From a virus (Duplodnaviria > Heunggongvirae > Uroviricota > Caudoviricetes): a stretch of DNA of 31,025 nt. Of this stretch, positions 19,063-28,105 are shown in pieces. Under the pieces are notes generated by a model. That model saw nothing but the letters and a program-made list of their open reading frames with translations. It made no database searches and had not been told where the DNA came from. The DNA is taken from IMG/VR virus record IMGVR_UViG_2802429232_000001, positions 1 to 31,025 of that record; one strand, written 5' to 3'. A program made the position numbers and the translations under genes. Each line of letters opens with the position of its first letter. Positions within the stretch are counted from its first letter, which is position 1.

Positions 19063-20637
19063 TCACTCGTTCTCTTGAGTAGATGAGTCCCCATTCCCTC
19101 GGGGTTGATCTTGCCCGCTTTCTTGGGCTGCACCACGATCATAAGTAAGTACTGACTTATTTTCAAGGGTATTTAGATCATTTTTTGGAGGAAAATTCAA
19201 GAGATCTTTATCAAATTCCTTTTTCATCGCCTCAGTAATGTTCGGGAAAATCTTCTCAATAAGCATTTCCATCTGGTGACGACGTACAGAGTCCGGTGCC
19301 TGAAGTAATGACAGTTTCTCGGCAACAGAAAATTCATCAGTAAGGCCACGAATATCGAAACTTTCTGGATACGCAATTAAAGAGTGGTCTTCGTCCAGAT
19401 CTACCCCCATCCATTTCGCAACCAGTAGCATGATTTGGCGTTCAGCCCTTTCCAGACGCTCTGCTTTTGTGACAAGCAAGCTATTTACACGCTGGAAGTC
19501 ATACATTTTTGCGGCACCAGATGAATTATCGATTCCCTGTGCGTTGTCCTGCTTCGTTCGCTCACCAGCTACACCAACTGAATGGTAGATTTCGTTAATC
19601 ACCGTCTTAATCGTAGTGATGATCATCTGAGCTTGTTTCGGGTCTGGTGACAGATAAAACGGCTGGTTTCCACCTTCAGAATCGTAGGTGAAGACTCGCT
19701 TTGTGCCCATTTCAAGCACTTTAGTGTGGTTTTCATCACCAGGTAAAAGCGACTGTACCGGTATAGCCAACTGGCTAAATGTCTGATCCTGAATAATGGC
19801 ATCAAGGTTTGACAGATAGTTTGCAACCGCACGATCAAGATAAGCGATATCATCGATCAACGATGGGCTGAAATACGGTGATTCACTTTCTCCAATACAA
19901 TCAACAGGAAACACAGGAACTACGCCGAGATTATGCTCACCGCTATCCTCTAAAATAACTTTTGCCTGACGGCGACCTGCTCCACCAGCGCCCTTCTTCA
20001 CTTCCTCACGGAACAGATACCACTCGTTTTGTGTCCACAGACGATAACGTTGGTATTCCTGACCTGTAGAAGTAAAAGGATCTGCGTCATCACGAGCGAC
20101 TTCCACAATTAACGCCCACAACATATTCCCGTCGTCGTCCCATGCCACATCCAGCATTTGCTGAGGTGAAATCCAGTAGGCGTAGGCGCGAGCATCTTTC
20201 TTTTTCTCGTCAGCTACTGACTCAACATCACCACTCATCGTGCTATCGACAACAACCCATATGCGACCGTAAATAGACGACTGCAAATCAATAGCGGCCA
20301 TAAATGAGTCAATAGAGGCATTCTGGCGAGTCGCACGTTTCCAGAAATTGCGGATCTGCTCTGGTGCCTCTTCGATATTTCTATGAATGTCTTCTTTAAA
20401 GAGATATTTGTTGATGAGGTTTACCACCTCACGAGTGTGGTTGAAGCGATAAGCACGTTCAACTCGCTCCTTAAACTCCTGATCTCCCTCTTTAAAGTAA
20501 CGAAAGATATTGTCTGTAAACCAACCACGCCCGCCAGCGTAAGTGCTGGCGAGGAAGTCCCAATGTTCTTTTTTCTTTTCGTATTCCGGGTGGCGTCGCG
20601 CCACCAGATCCTTAATTTGTTTGTCGTTCAATTCCAT
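19063..20637 (-). CDS. Portal protein
   Basis: ORF track (524 aa); size and position immediately downstream of large terminase. Confidence 0.65.
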   Translation of the reverse strand: MELNDKQIKDLVARRHPEYEKKKEHWDFLASTYAGGRGWFTDNIFRYFKEGDQEFKERVERAYRFNHTREVVNLINKYLFKEDIHRNIEEAPEQIRNFWKRATRQNASIDSFMAAIDLQSSIYGRIWVVVDSTMSGDVESVADEKKKDARAYAYWISPQQMLDVAWDDDGNMLWALIVEVARDDADPFTSTGQEYQRYRLWTQNEWYLFREEVKKGAGGAGRRQAKVILEDSGEHNLGVVPVFPVDCIGESESPYFSPSLIDDIAYLDRAVANYLSNLDAIIQDQTFSQLAIPVQSLLPGDENHTKVLEMGTKRVFTYDSEGGNQPFYLSPDPKQAQMIITTIKTVINEIYHSVGVAGERTKQDNAQGIDNSSGAAKMYDFQRVNSLLVTKAERLERAERQIMLLVAKWMGVDLDEDHSLIAYPESFDIRGLTDEFSVAEKLSLLQAPDSVRRHQMEMLIEKIFPNITEAMKKEFDKDLLNFPPKNDLNTLENKSVLTYDRGAAQESGQDQPRGNGDSSTQENE

Positions 20638-20663
20638 TTGAATAACCTTAGATAATTACTTAC

Positions 20664-21920
20664 CTACCGAGAACCACCAAGAATAACACGGTTTTTGACT
20701 GGATACCTACGATGTACTGGATAGCCCAATGCGTCTGCACTATGCTCAATGCCACCTGTCTTATCCATATCTCGTGTTCCAGGCTTGTAGATGACTTTTT
20801 CCAGTGAATCAATCAAATGCTTGCACTTCGGATCGATATACAGCCGGATATCTCCAGATGCGGACATCAGCATTCGGTTAACAGCATTAACACGATCCGC
20901 AATTGGCGGGTGCTTTTTCGAATAATCGACACGTAAGAATCCCTTCTCTTTGAATATGTCTACGTCAGACTCCCCACGAGCATGTTGGCGATAAGCACCT
21001 GCCGGATCTGGAAATACCGTTACCTGTGATTTCCAGCGCCAGAAGCGTCTCTCAAGCTCATCACAAACTTCTGCCGTGTTAGAGGAAAAGAGCACCAATT
21101 CATCAATTGCCCATAGCTCACCATTTGGCTGAGGTTGCAAAATTACTGAAGACATCGGGTCAATGTTGAAGTCCTGCCCTACCCATATAGGCAACCGAGG
21201 GTTGAACTGAAGCGGTTTTACATGCACGTTACGATCGAACGGGTAGTAAACGCGCCCGGACATGTTCTCAAAGCTGGCCAGGTACTCCTGAGCGAACGAT
21301 TTGGGGTCCATATCGTTCTTAGCAGCTTCAATTTCCGCCGTAGGCACAAACGGAGAATCGGCAGTTACAAACTGCCAGCTCTTCCACTGTCCCTTTCTTT
21401 GCAGCTCTACGTTCTGGCCTATAGTCCACAGTTTGTGAAATTCCGAGAAGCCTTTTGGCGTACCAATGATCAGTGCACCGCCGCGTGTCGATGAAAGAGT
21501 AGGTCGTAACACCTTGTACCAGGTGTCAGCCTTCATATCCTGAAATTCATCAAGCACTACAAAATGCAACGCTACGCCGCGCAGAGTGTCAGGCTTATCA
21601 GCACCTTTGAGGGCGATCTCCGAACCGTTCTTCAACACGATTGTCATCGTGGTGTCGTTCTTTTTCCTAACCCACTTACGAGGCAGAACTTCCTGTAGAT
21701 CGTCCCACAAAATCTGGCGAGCCATCTGGTAAGTAGGAGCGACATACCAGACCCTTTGCTTTTTTTCCTTTGCCGCCGCACGAATAATAGTGGAGATCGA
21801 CAACCGGGATTTTCCCCAGCGTCGACCAGCACAAACAACTTTAAATCGATGCGGAGACTGGAAGACTTTCATCTGTCCAGAATGCAGTTGCACAAGACTG
21901 AGCGAGGACGGGATTGCCAT
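20664..21920 (-). CDS. Terminase large subunit
   Basis: ORF track (418 aa). Walker A-like VVCAGRRWGKSRLS, Walker B-like HFVVLDEFQD, acidic nuclease-domain motifs (VGQDFNIDPMS, FPDPAG). Start overlaps small-subunit stop by 1 nt (TAATG). Confidence 0.8.
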   Translation of the reverse strand: MAIPSSLSLVQLHSGQMKVFQSPHRFKVVCAGRRWGKSRLSISTIIRAAAKEKKQRVWYVAPTYQMARQILWDDLQEVLPRKWVRKKNDTTMTIVLKNGSEIALKGADKPDTLRGVALHFVVLDEFQDMKADTWYKVLRPTLSSTRGGALIIGTPKGFSEFHKLWTIGQNVELQRKGQWKSWQFVTADSPFVPTAEIEAAKNDMDPKSFAQEYLASFENMSGRVYYPFDRNVHVKPLQFNPRLPIWVGQDFNIDPMSSVILQPQPNGELWAIDELVLFSSNTAEVCDELERRFWRWKSQVTVFPDPAGAYRQHARGESDVDIFKEKGFLRVDYSKKHPPIADRVNAVNRMLMSASGDIRLYIDPKCKHLIDSLEKVIYKPGTRDMDKTGGIEHSADALGYPVHRRYPVKNRVILGGSR

Positions 21921-22552
21921 TATTCGTCCTCCCCTTCACTTCCATCATCTGTCGCATCAAATTCGCTTAGAGCTTCTTCTTCCAACGTCTCAAGCAATTC
22001 GTCATCGATGATTTCAGGCTCGTCGTCTTCCTGACGTAATTTCGCCACCTGGGAAGGCGTAAGCTCACCAAATACCAGGTTCGGAATTTCTTCCTCGTCA
22101 TTTTCCGCATGATCCATGCCCAATGCTTTGGACGAAACTTCAAAGCATTTTGCAAGGGTATTACTGGCTCTCTGTAAGCTCTTGAGAGAATCCTCAATCG
22201 CCCCTAAAGGCTTACCCTCACGTTTGGCCGTAGTGACTTCGACCATCACCATCTGCCCCAACGCATACGCCCAGCCGTCATAACGTGTACGACGTTCTTC
22301 TATCTTTTCCGCACGGGCTTTAGCGCGAAGCTCTGCGTCAGATTTAAGAGACTCACGAACCATCTTCCCAACAGAGTCCGCGCCTTTCTCTAATCCTCGC
22401 TTTTTGAAATGTCTGGAGAGTGTTTCACGACGAATGCCGTACTCTTCCTCCAGCTTTGAGAGTGTATATTCGCCTGACGTCCATTTGGCTTCAGCTTCGG
22501 CCCACTCCGCTGGTGTCAGGCGAGTTTTTACCTCGTCTTTTTCGACCGTCAT
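21920..22552 (-). CDS. Terminase small subunit (putative)
   Basis: ORF track (210 aa). N-terminal HTH-like region, very acidic C-terminus, AGAGGGA RBS, translationally coupled to the large subunit. Confidence 0.55.
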   Translation of the reverse strand: MTVEKDEVKTRLTPAEWAEAEAKWTSGEYTLSKLEEEYGIRRETLSRHFKKRGLEKGADSVGKMVRESLKSDAELRAKARAEKIEERRTRYDGWAYALGQMVMVEVTTAKREGKPLGAIEDSLKSLQRASNTLAKCFEVSSKALGMDHAENDEEEIPNLVFGELTPSQVAKLRQEDDEPEIIDDELLETLEEEALSEFDATDDGSEGEDE

Positions 22553-22747
22553 AGATCCCTCTAAAACACACAGAGCGCGTCCATGCGCTCTAAAACAACT
22601 TGTTTACTGCATCTGCTAACCAACTTGTTTTCTGGGGTGTTTAATTAGGTCTGGCATGTCTTACGAAGCCTGCTTCCGTATATATTTAATAAGTTACTTA
22701 TTATTTATATATACAGAAGCAGGTCTTTAAATAAGCTCCCAGACCGA
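22553..22747. promoter_or_regulatory. Highly structured 195-bp non-coding region upstream of small terminase: direct repeats, hairpin and a ~60-bp AT-rich imperfect palindrome (candidate cos/pac and/or late promoter)
   Basis: CTCTAAAACA twice (~22559 and ~22588); CAACTTGTTT twice (~22596 and ~22621); hairpin AGAGCGC-gtccat-GCGCTCT (~22572-22591); palindrome CCTGCTTC..TATATAT..AATAAGT-t-ACTTATT..TATATATA..GAAGCAGG (~22665-22727). Confidence 0.5.
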
Positions 22748-23014
22748 TTACATCACCAGTAACTTCGCTTTGGCTCGACCTAAAGTGGTTAACCCAAGAG
22801 TTCGGCGGTGATAGCGATTGTCACTGCGTTGGCGCGTATGCCCTTTCTCCACCAGCCCCTTTTTTATCAGAGCGCGAATTGAGAACTGGATACTTTGCTT
22901 GGTTGTCTTGTACGGCAAAACTTCAAGCAATTCGTCCAGGTCAAGTAGATGACCTCGCTCATAACCGAGATTGAGCGTTTTGATGATGTCCTTTTGTTTA
23001 TCGGTTAACGTCAT
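22748..23014 (-). CDS. Small winged-helix DNA-binding protein (putative)
   Basis: ORF track (88 aa); basic, helix-rich (SIQFSIRALIKKGLVEKG followed by a basic tail); last gene of the ParB/ATPase module. Confidence 0.4.
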   Translation of the reverse strand: MTLTDKQKDIIKTLNLGYERGHLLDLDELLEVLPYKTTKQSIQFSIRALIKKGLVEKGHTRQRSDNRYHRRTLGLTTLGRAKAKLLVM

Positions 23015-23023
23015 GGCAAATCC

Positions 23024-23923
23024 TTATGCCGGTAAAGCAATTTCTAACGGTTTATCCAAAGGTTGTTTGTCGAATGCCAGCAGTGGCAGCGTGTCAGGCA
23101 GTCGACGACCAAAGTCAGGGTTTCGATACACACCATACAACGGAGACGTAAAGCTCAGGTTGTGAATGTCCTTGAGCAGCTTCACAATGCTGGCCTCGTC
23201 CACCAGACTGTCGGCAATGTCCTGAATCGTCGTGCCACGATTCCGCCCAGCTTTTGCCAGGGAACTGTTCTTGTGGTAGTCCGCCACCAGATCACGCAGT
23301 GCACGGCGACGACGAGACTCGCTCATAGCGAACAACTCTTTGACGATCGCCTCGTTATCACCCGGGTCGGAGCGGAAATGGCGCTGGAACACACGCAGTG
23401 CACTTTCATAGCTCTTCGGTCGCTCAGGGCGGATGAACTTAAACCCTGCTTTCATGGCGAAGGGATTGTATTTGCTCATCGATGACTGGATCTCAATGAT
23501 TGGCCGGTCATGCATCCTGCTAACCAGGTTAATCATTCGATAAGAGACGCCTACGCCACGGTACTGAGTATCCACAACTGAGCGGCTGATCACCGCAAAG
23601 TTGTTATTCACGTACCGGCCCCAGTACTGGTTAGCCACGGTGGTATTGGTGGTTGGTTTCAACTTAGGAAACATGCGATGGCGAGGTGCCAGCAGAAGTT
23701 TCGGGTAAGCCATAACCACGACGCCCACCAGACGATCATCCAGTTCGCAGCGATAGTATGTTGGCGCGAAAGGTTTGCCGTCTGTTTTGTAGTGAAGCGA
23801 CTTAAGAGCGTGCCAGTCCTCTACAGTTCCCTTTGTGACAGTCATTCGCTCCAGAAAGTCCAGATGACGCGGAAACTCTTCAGGGCGGTAGCGTTTGATG
23901 ATGATATCTGCCATGTCGATCAC
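23024..23923 (-). CDS. Hypothetical protein with GNAT acyltransferase-like motif and Arg-rich C-terminal extension
   Basis: ORF track (299 aa). AVISRSVVDTQYRGVGVSYRMINLV matches GNAT motif A (R-x-x-G-x-G/A). Start overlaps upstream stop (ATGA). Confidence 0.4.
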   Translation of the reverse strand: MIDMADIIIKRYRPEEFPRHLDFLERMTVTKGTVEDWHALKSLHYKTDGKPFAPTYYRCELDDRLVGVVVMAYPKLLLAPRHRMFPKLKPTTNTTVANQYWGRYVNNNFAVISRSVVDTQYRGVGVSYRMINLVSRMHDRPIIEIQSSMSKYNPFAMKAGFKFIRPERPKSYESALRVFQRHFRSDPGDNEAIVKELFAMSESRRRRALRDLVADYHKNSSLAKAGRNRGTTIQDIADSLVDEASIVKLLKDIHNLSFTSPLYGVYRNPDFGRRLPDTLPLLAFDKQPLDKPLEIALPA

Positions 23924-24174
23924 CTGCGCTCGATATTGGCATTGATGAAATCCAGGCGAAGAGACTCCATCGCCCCTACCATGACATACGGGCGCCCGCC
24001 GTTATGCCAGCAATCAAGAACACTGCCGTCGTTGTTGATCATCAACAGCGCCAGGCTCTGGCTTTTTCCTTCTCTGGCGTGCTGAAGTGCTTCTTCCAGC
24101 AGGCGGATGACTTCCACGTTGTTGTTATCAGTCTCTTTCGATGGCTTCAGCTCTACGATCTTCAAATCAGGCAT
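23920..24174 (-). CDS. Hypothetical small protein (84 aa)
   Basis: ORF track; overlaps upstream gene end by 8 nt; part of the tightly coupled module. Confidence 0.4.
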   Translation of the reverse strand: MPDLKIVELKPSKETDNNNVEVIRLLEEALQHAREGKSQSLALLMINNDGSVLDCWHNGGRPYVMVGAMESLRLDFINANIERR

Positions 24175-24805
24175 ATTCCACCTTCACGCGTTCTTTGTAG
24201 TGCTTGGTGATCTGCATATCCGGGCGCAGCGCGTTCTTCAGGTCTTCGTGAGTCGTCGCCACCATTACCGTCGCACCAACCTTTCGAGCGGCACGCTGGA
24301 GGTTAGACGCCACAACCTGAGCGGTTACACGGTCTAGAACAGCGCCGAACTCGTCAGCAGCCCATACTTTAGCGCCTGACTCAATCAGTTTGGCAATCTT
24401 GAGACGATATTTCTGGCCGTCTGACATTTCAGAAGGCTTGCGAACAAACAGATATGCATCGTTCAGACCAGCCATAGATAACAACCCAAGCGCATCACTG
24501 GTCGTTTTGCCCAACTGATCGATGACGTTAACCTCATTATCGAAGGTAAAATCATCGATGGAGGCCACAGATAGCCCTTCATCCTTCATCTGGTGTTGCA
24601 GCTCGCGCAGCACAACGGATTTGCCGGAACCGGATTGGCCGGTAATGTACACCACATCGCCCTGCTTCACTTCCAGCTCCAGATTGTCGTAAAGCGTCCA
24701 CTCTTTTTCGTCCAGGCCAAGCCCGAACGACTCAGCGATTTCCAACGTGCGCGTGGTTTTATTTACGCGTGTCTGAAACGATACGTTGATGATGTATTTG
24801 CTCAT
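24167..24805 (-). CDS. Minimal ABC-type ATPase (nucleotide-binding domain only)
   Basis: ORF track (212 aa). Walker A GQSGSGKS, ABC signature-like MSDGQKYRL, Walker B KVWAADEFG, H-loop VATTHE. No membrane partner nearby. Start overlaps upstream stop (ATGA). Confidence 0.7.
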   Translation of the reverse strand: MSKYIINVSFQTRVNKTTRTLEIAESFGLGLDEKEWTLYDNLELEVKQGDVVYITGQSGSGKSVVLRELQHQMKDEGLSVASIDDFTFDNEVNVIDQLGKTTSDALGLLSMAGLNDAYLFVRKPSEMSDGQKYRLKIAKLIESGAKVWAADEFGAVLDRVTAQVVASNLQRAARKVGATVMVATTHEDLKNALRPDMQITKHYKERVKVEYA

Positions 24806-25470
24806 GCAGCCATCTCCCCGGAAGAGATCTTCTCCGCATATGCCACAAATGCGTCTACCCCGCTTTCTCCCGTCATTTCTTCCATGTGGGCAAGCAAATC
24901 ACCAACAACAATGGCAGAGCCAGCAGGGAGCGTTTTAAAGCCCAATACGTCGACAACACGTACTTCTTCCGCTGCAACTTCACGACTGATCTCGGTGTGT
25001 TCATCCTTCTGTCGTTTAGTTTCTTCGCCAAGATCGATAACTAGCGAGTCGGTGTCCATTTCTTCTGTCATACTGCCAACGAGAACATTCAACTCACGCT
25101 CTTCAAAGCCGAAAACCTCGATATCGTCCAGAACAAGCGACTCAAGCTCTTTCTGTAGCTTAATTGCATCGTAATCAATGCTGGCAAGTCGGTTATCTTC
25201 AAGGCGCTTCGCACGAACCTCGTCATCACTGAGATCATCGCGAACAATAACCGGTACGCGCTCAAGTCCAGCAAAAATTGCAGCCTCACGGCGGCCGTGG
25301 CCAGTAATAATTACGTCGTTCTTATCGACCGTAATTGGCTGGTCAAATCCGCGCTTTTTAATGGCTGCGGCTAGATCTCGGATCTGCTGTTCATCATGCT
25401 TTTTGGCATTCATCTCATAGGGAATAAGATCTGCCGGGTCGCGATATACGATTTCAAACTTTTTGGTCAT
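24802..25470 (-). CDS. ParB/Srx-fold N-terminal domain protein (second copy)
   Basis: ORF track 24802..25503; start moved to Met12 (MTKKFEIVY) at 25470, AAGGAG upstream, overlapping the upstream stop (TAATG). ParB-box-like ITGHGRREAA; acidic C-terminal half. Confidence 0.6.
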   Translation of the reverse strand: MTKKFEIVYRDPADLIPYEMNAKKHDEQQIRDLAAAIKKRGFDQPITVDKNDVIITGHGRREAAIFAGLERVPVIVRDDLSDDEVRAKRLEDNRLASIDYDAIKLQKELESLVLDDIEVFGFEERELNVLVGSMTEEMDTDSLVIDLGEETKRQKDEHTEISREVAAEEVRVVDVLGFKTLPAGSAIVVGDLLAHMEEMTGESGVDAFVAYAEKISSGEMAA

Positions 25471-26150
25471 TACATACGCTCCTTGTAGTAGTCGACCAGC
25501 CACACCAGAGCCTCACCAGCGTTCTCCATTTCATTACCGGTGTTAATAGCCTGCTCTTTGATGATGTTTTTTATGGTTTCTGCAACACGATCTGACGCAT
25601 CGAAAGTTACTTTGAAGCGCATGGTCTGATGTTCCGCACCCACACGTTCGGTTTTCTCTCGTTTGTCGGTATCGACAGGCTCATCACTACCACGAGACAA
25701 AGCCTCCAGTGCTTCAAGGTCGATTGCCGCCTCTTTTGCTAAAACCATCGAGATTTCGTCGTCATACGGGGCGATTTCAGACAGTTGATAGTCAAGTTCT
25801 GACTGAATTTCTTCAATGAAGCGTTGCAATGCGATTTGGTCGTCTTCACCGTATCGCTCGTTGTCCACCAGTGACATCTGTTTAGCTACGACATCGCTAA
25901 TTTTGCCCACAGAAAGCACCGGAACCGTTGAAATTCCTTGCTCAATAGCAGCACGCCAGCGATGTTCGCCGCCGAGGATTTCAAAAAATCCATCTTCAAG
26001 TTCACGAGCCAAAATTGGCTTAAAAAAGCCCAATTTTTCGATAGAACCTTTCAGTTTTTCAAAATTCTGCGCACCAACCGAATTGGTGTTCCAGGTATTC
26101 GGGCGAAGGTTGGCAACATCAACCTGCAAAATCGTGATTTTTACATCCAT
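25470..26150 (-). CDS. ParB/Srx-fold N-terminal domain protein (first copy)
   Basis: ORF track 25470..26168; Met1 (26168) or Met7 (26150) are both possible. ParB motif FEILGGEHRWRAA; acidic C-terminal half. Confidence 0.6.
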   Translation of the reverse strand: MDVKITILQVDVANLRPNTWNTNSVGAQNFEKLKGSIEKLGFFKPILARELEDGFFEILGGEHRWRAAIEQGISTVPVLSVGKISDVVAKQMSLVDNERYGEDDQIALQRFIEEIQSELDYQLSEIAPYDDEISMVLAKEAAIDLEALEALSRGSDEPVDTDKREKTERVGAEHQTMRFKVTFDASDRVAETIKNIIKEQAINTGNEMENAGEALVWLVDYYKERM

Positions 26151-26168
26151 TTTATTGCTACAATCCAT

Positions 26169-26232
26169 TAAGTAATCACTTACTTATTATAATAGCCAAA
26201 TAACATACAAAAGGCACTAAGGAAAGAGGTTT
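26169..26232. promoter_or_regulatory. Divergent intergenic region with inverted repeat TAAGTAA-tcac-TTACTTA and TATAAT-like element
   Basis: Only 64 bp separate the divergent gene starts. Inverted repeat at ~26169-26186; TATAAT at ~26188-26193, readable on both strands; no convincing -35. Strong SD AAGGAAAGAGG precedes the helicase ATG. Confidence 0.4.
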
Positions 26233-27792
26233 ATGACTGTTCGGATTGTATCTAACGCAGTAAATGCACTTATTTCTGGCGCAGATGACAAGGTAAAGCA
26301 ACTGGTGCAACAGATGTTGAGCTACGAAGTCGAGACTGGCGACTGGAAGGGCACAAGCACGATGTTCAACTGGAGTAAAAACTCGTTCCCTGCTGGCTTT
26401 GCCAAGCCTGTAGCGGCGAACTTGAACAAGGCGGGCATCAAATGTGTTCATATCCGCAAAGACAAAGCTCCGGCGCTTGGAAAGCCAAATCCGGCGGTCA
26501 ACCCATTCCCATACAATCCTGATTATGCATATCAGGATCAGACTGTGGAAACACTGGTTCGAGAGGGAATGATGATTGCGCAGATCGCTACTGGTGGCGG
26601 GAAATCTAATGTTGCCTGCAAAGCAGCTGCACGTATCGGTCGAATGACATTATTTTTAACAACCCGCTCTGTTCTGATGTTTCAGATGGCCGAAAACTTC
26701 CAGAGATCCATCGACTACCGCGCCGAAAATGGCGAACCGTGGTTAAAAGACCAAAAGGTTGGAGTCATTGGCTCGGGTGAGTTCCAGGTATCACGACATA
26801 TCAACGTCGCTACAGTTCAAACTCTGGCAAGTTTCCTTGAAGAACCACCACGCGATGCAACTCCAGATAAGAAGAGCTACCACCTCAAACGTCGGGACTT
26901 GGTGAAACGCTTCCTTTCAAGTGTCTCTCTTCTTATTCTGGAAGAGGCGCATGAGTCTTCAGGCTCTAATTTCTATGACATTGCCAGATTATGTGCGAAC
27001 GCAGACTATCGCCTGGCGCTTACGGCAACGCCGTTCATGAAGGATTCTACGGAAGCCAACATGCGTCTGATGGCAGTGGCCGGGCGAATTGAAATAAAAG
27101 TCACGGAAAAGTACCTGATTGATAGAGGCATTCTGGCAAAGCCATACTTCCTTTATCATAAAGTTGCCTACAAGCCGGACGAGGCCAGAATCAAGGCAGA
27201 ACTTGCCAACAAACACCTCAATTTTAGAGTAGGTATGAGCACTGCCTACCAAAAGGCTTATCAGTTGGGGATCGTGTATAATTTGGGACGTAATGAGGCC
27301 ATTGTTCGCGAAGCATTGCTCTATAAGCAACATTCTCTCAATTGTATGACTCTGGTTCGTCTTAAACGCCACGGGCAAATCCTGATGGAAATGATGAAAG
27401 AGTCCGGCCTTAGAGTTGACTTCATTTATGGGGAATCGAACCAGTCGACAAGGCAAGCAAAGCTGAACAGTTTAGCGTCTGGCGACATAGATGTTTTAAT
27501 AGGCTCGACTATTCTGGATGTCGGTGTTGATGTGCCAAGCGTTGGTGCGGTCATTCTTGCTGGTGGTGGGAAAGCAGAAGTTGAAATGAGACAACGTGTC
27601 GGTCGTGGCTTACGAGCCAAGAAGAATCAGGCAAACGTGTGTTTTATCACTGATTTCATTGACATTAGCAACAAATACCTGTTGTCTCACTCTTATGAGC
27701 GAAAACACATCATCGACACCACACCTGGCTTTGCAGAAGGTGTATTGCCTGTTGATGGCGCATTCGATTTTGGAGTTCTGAAACGAGATTAG
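26233..27792 (+). CDS. Superfamily 2 helicase (DEAD/DEAH-like, ResIII-type core)
   Basis: ORF track (519 aa). Motif I IATGGGKSN, motif II LILEEAHE, motif III LTATPF, motif VI QRVGRGLR. Confidence 0.8.
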   Translation: MTVRIVSNAVNALISGADDKVKQLVQQMLSYEVETGDWKGTSTMFNWSKNSFPAGFAKPVAANLNKAGIKCVHIRKDKAPALGKPNPAVNPFPYNPDYAYQDQTVETLVREGMMIAQIATGGGKSNVACKAAARIGRMTLFLTTRSVLMFQMAENFQRSIDYRAENGEPWLKDQKVGVIGSGEFQVSRHINVATVQTLASFLEEPPRDATPDKKSYHLKRRDLVKRFLSSVSLLILEEAHESSGSNFYDIARLCANADYRLALTATPFMKDSTEANMRLMAVAGRIEIKVTEKYLIDRGILAKPYFLYHKVAYKPDEARIKAELANKHLNFRVGMSTAYQKAYQLGIVYNLGRNEAIVREALLYKQHSLNCMTLVRLKRHGQILMEMMKESGLRVDFIYGESNQSTRQAKLNSLASGDIDVLIGSTILDVGVDVPSVGAVILAGGGKAEVEMRQRVGRGLRAKKNQANVCFITDFIDISNKYLLSHSYERKHIIDTTPGFAEGVLPVDGAFDFGVLKRD

Positions 27793-27794
27793 TT

Positions 27795-28073
27795 ATGAGC
27801 GAAAAGAAAACAACTTATTGCCAAGTGGCATTGTCTGATAAGGCCAATGAAAAACTTGGAAAATTTCAAATAAAACTCAAAGAGAAAAAAATCAAGATGT
27901 CTAAGGCTGAAGTTATCAATGCCATTCTGGAGACGATGACTATGGCTGAATTTGACAAAGTCACATCTGCCGTTGGGGTTTCCGCTAAGACGCGTGAGAA
28001 AATCATGCGCATCTATGAGAACTCCAATATGACAAAAAAAGATCTAGAGGAAATACTGAGCAGGTTGCCGTAA
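27795..28073 (+). CDS. Hypothetical small protein (92 aa), Lys/Glu-rich
   Basis: ORF track; start 2 nt after helicase stop, so co-transcribed. Confidence 0.5.
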   Translation: MSEKKTTYCQVALSDKANEKLGKFQIKLKEKKIKMSKAEVINAILETMTMAEFDKVTSAVGVSAKTREKIMRIYENSNMTKKDLEEILSRLP

Positions 28074-28105
28074 CATTTCATATTTACCCCCTATCAACTA
28101 ATTCT

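Noticed and set aside
26989-27456. 155-aa minus-strand ORF inside the helicase gene
   Set aside because: Antisense to an ORF carrying all SF2 motifs.
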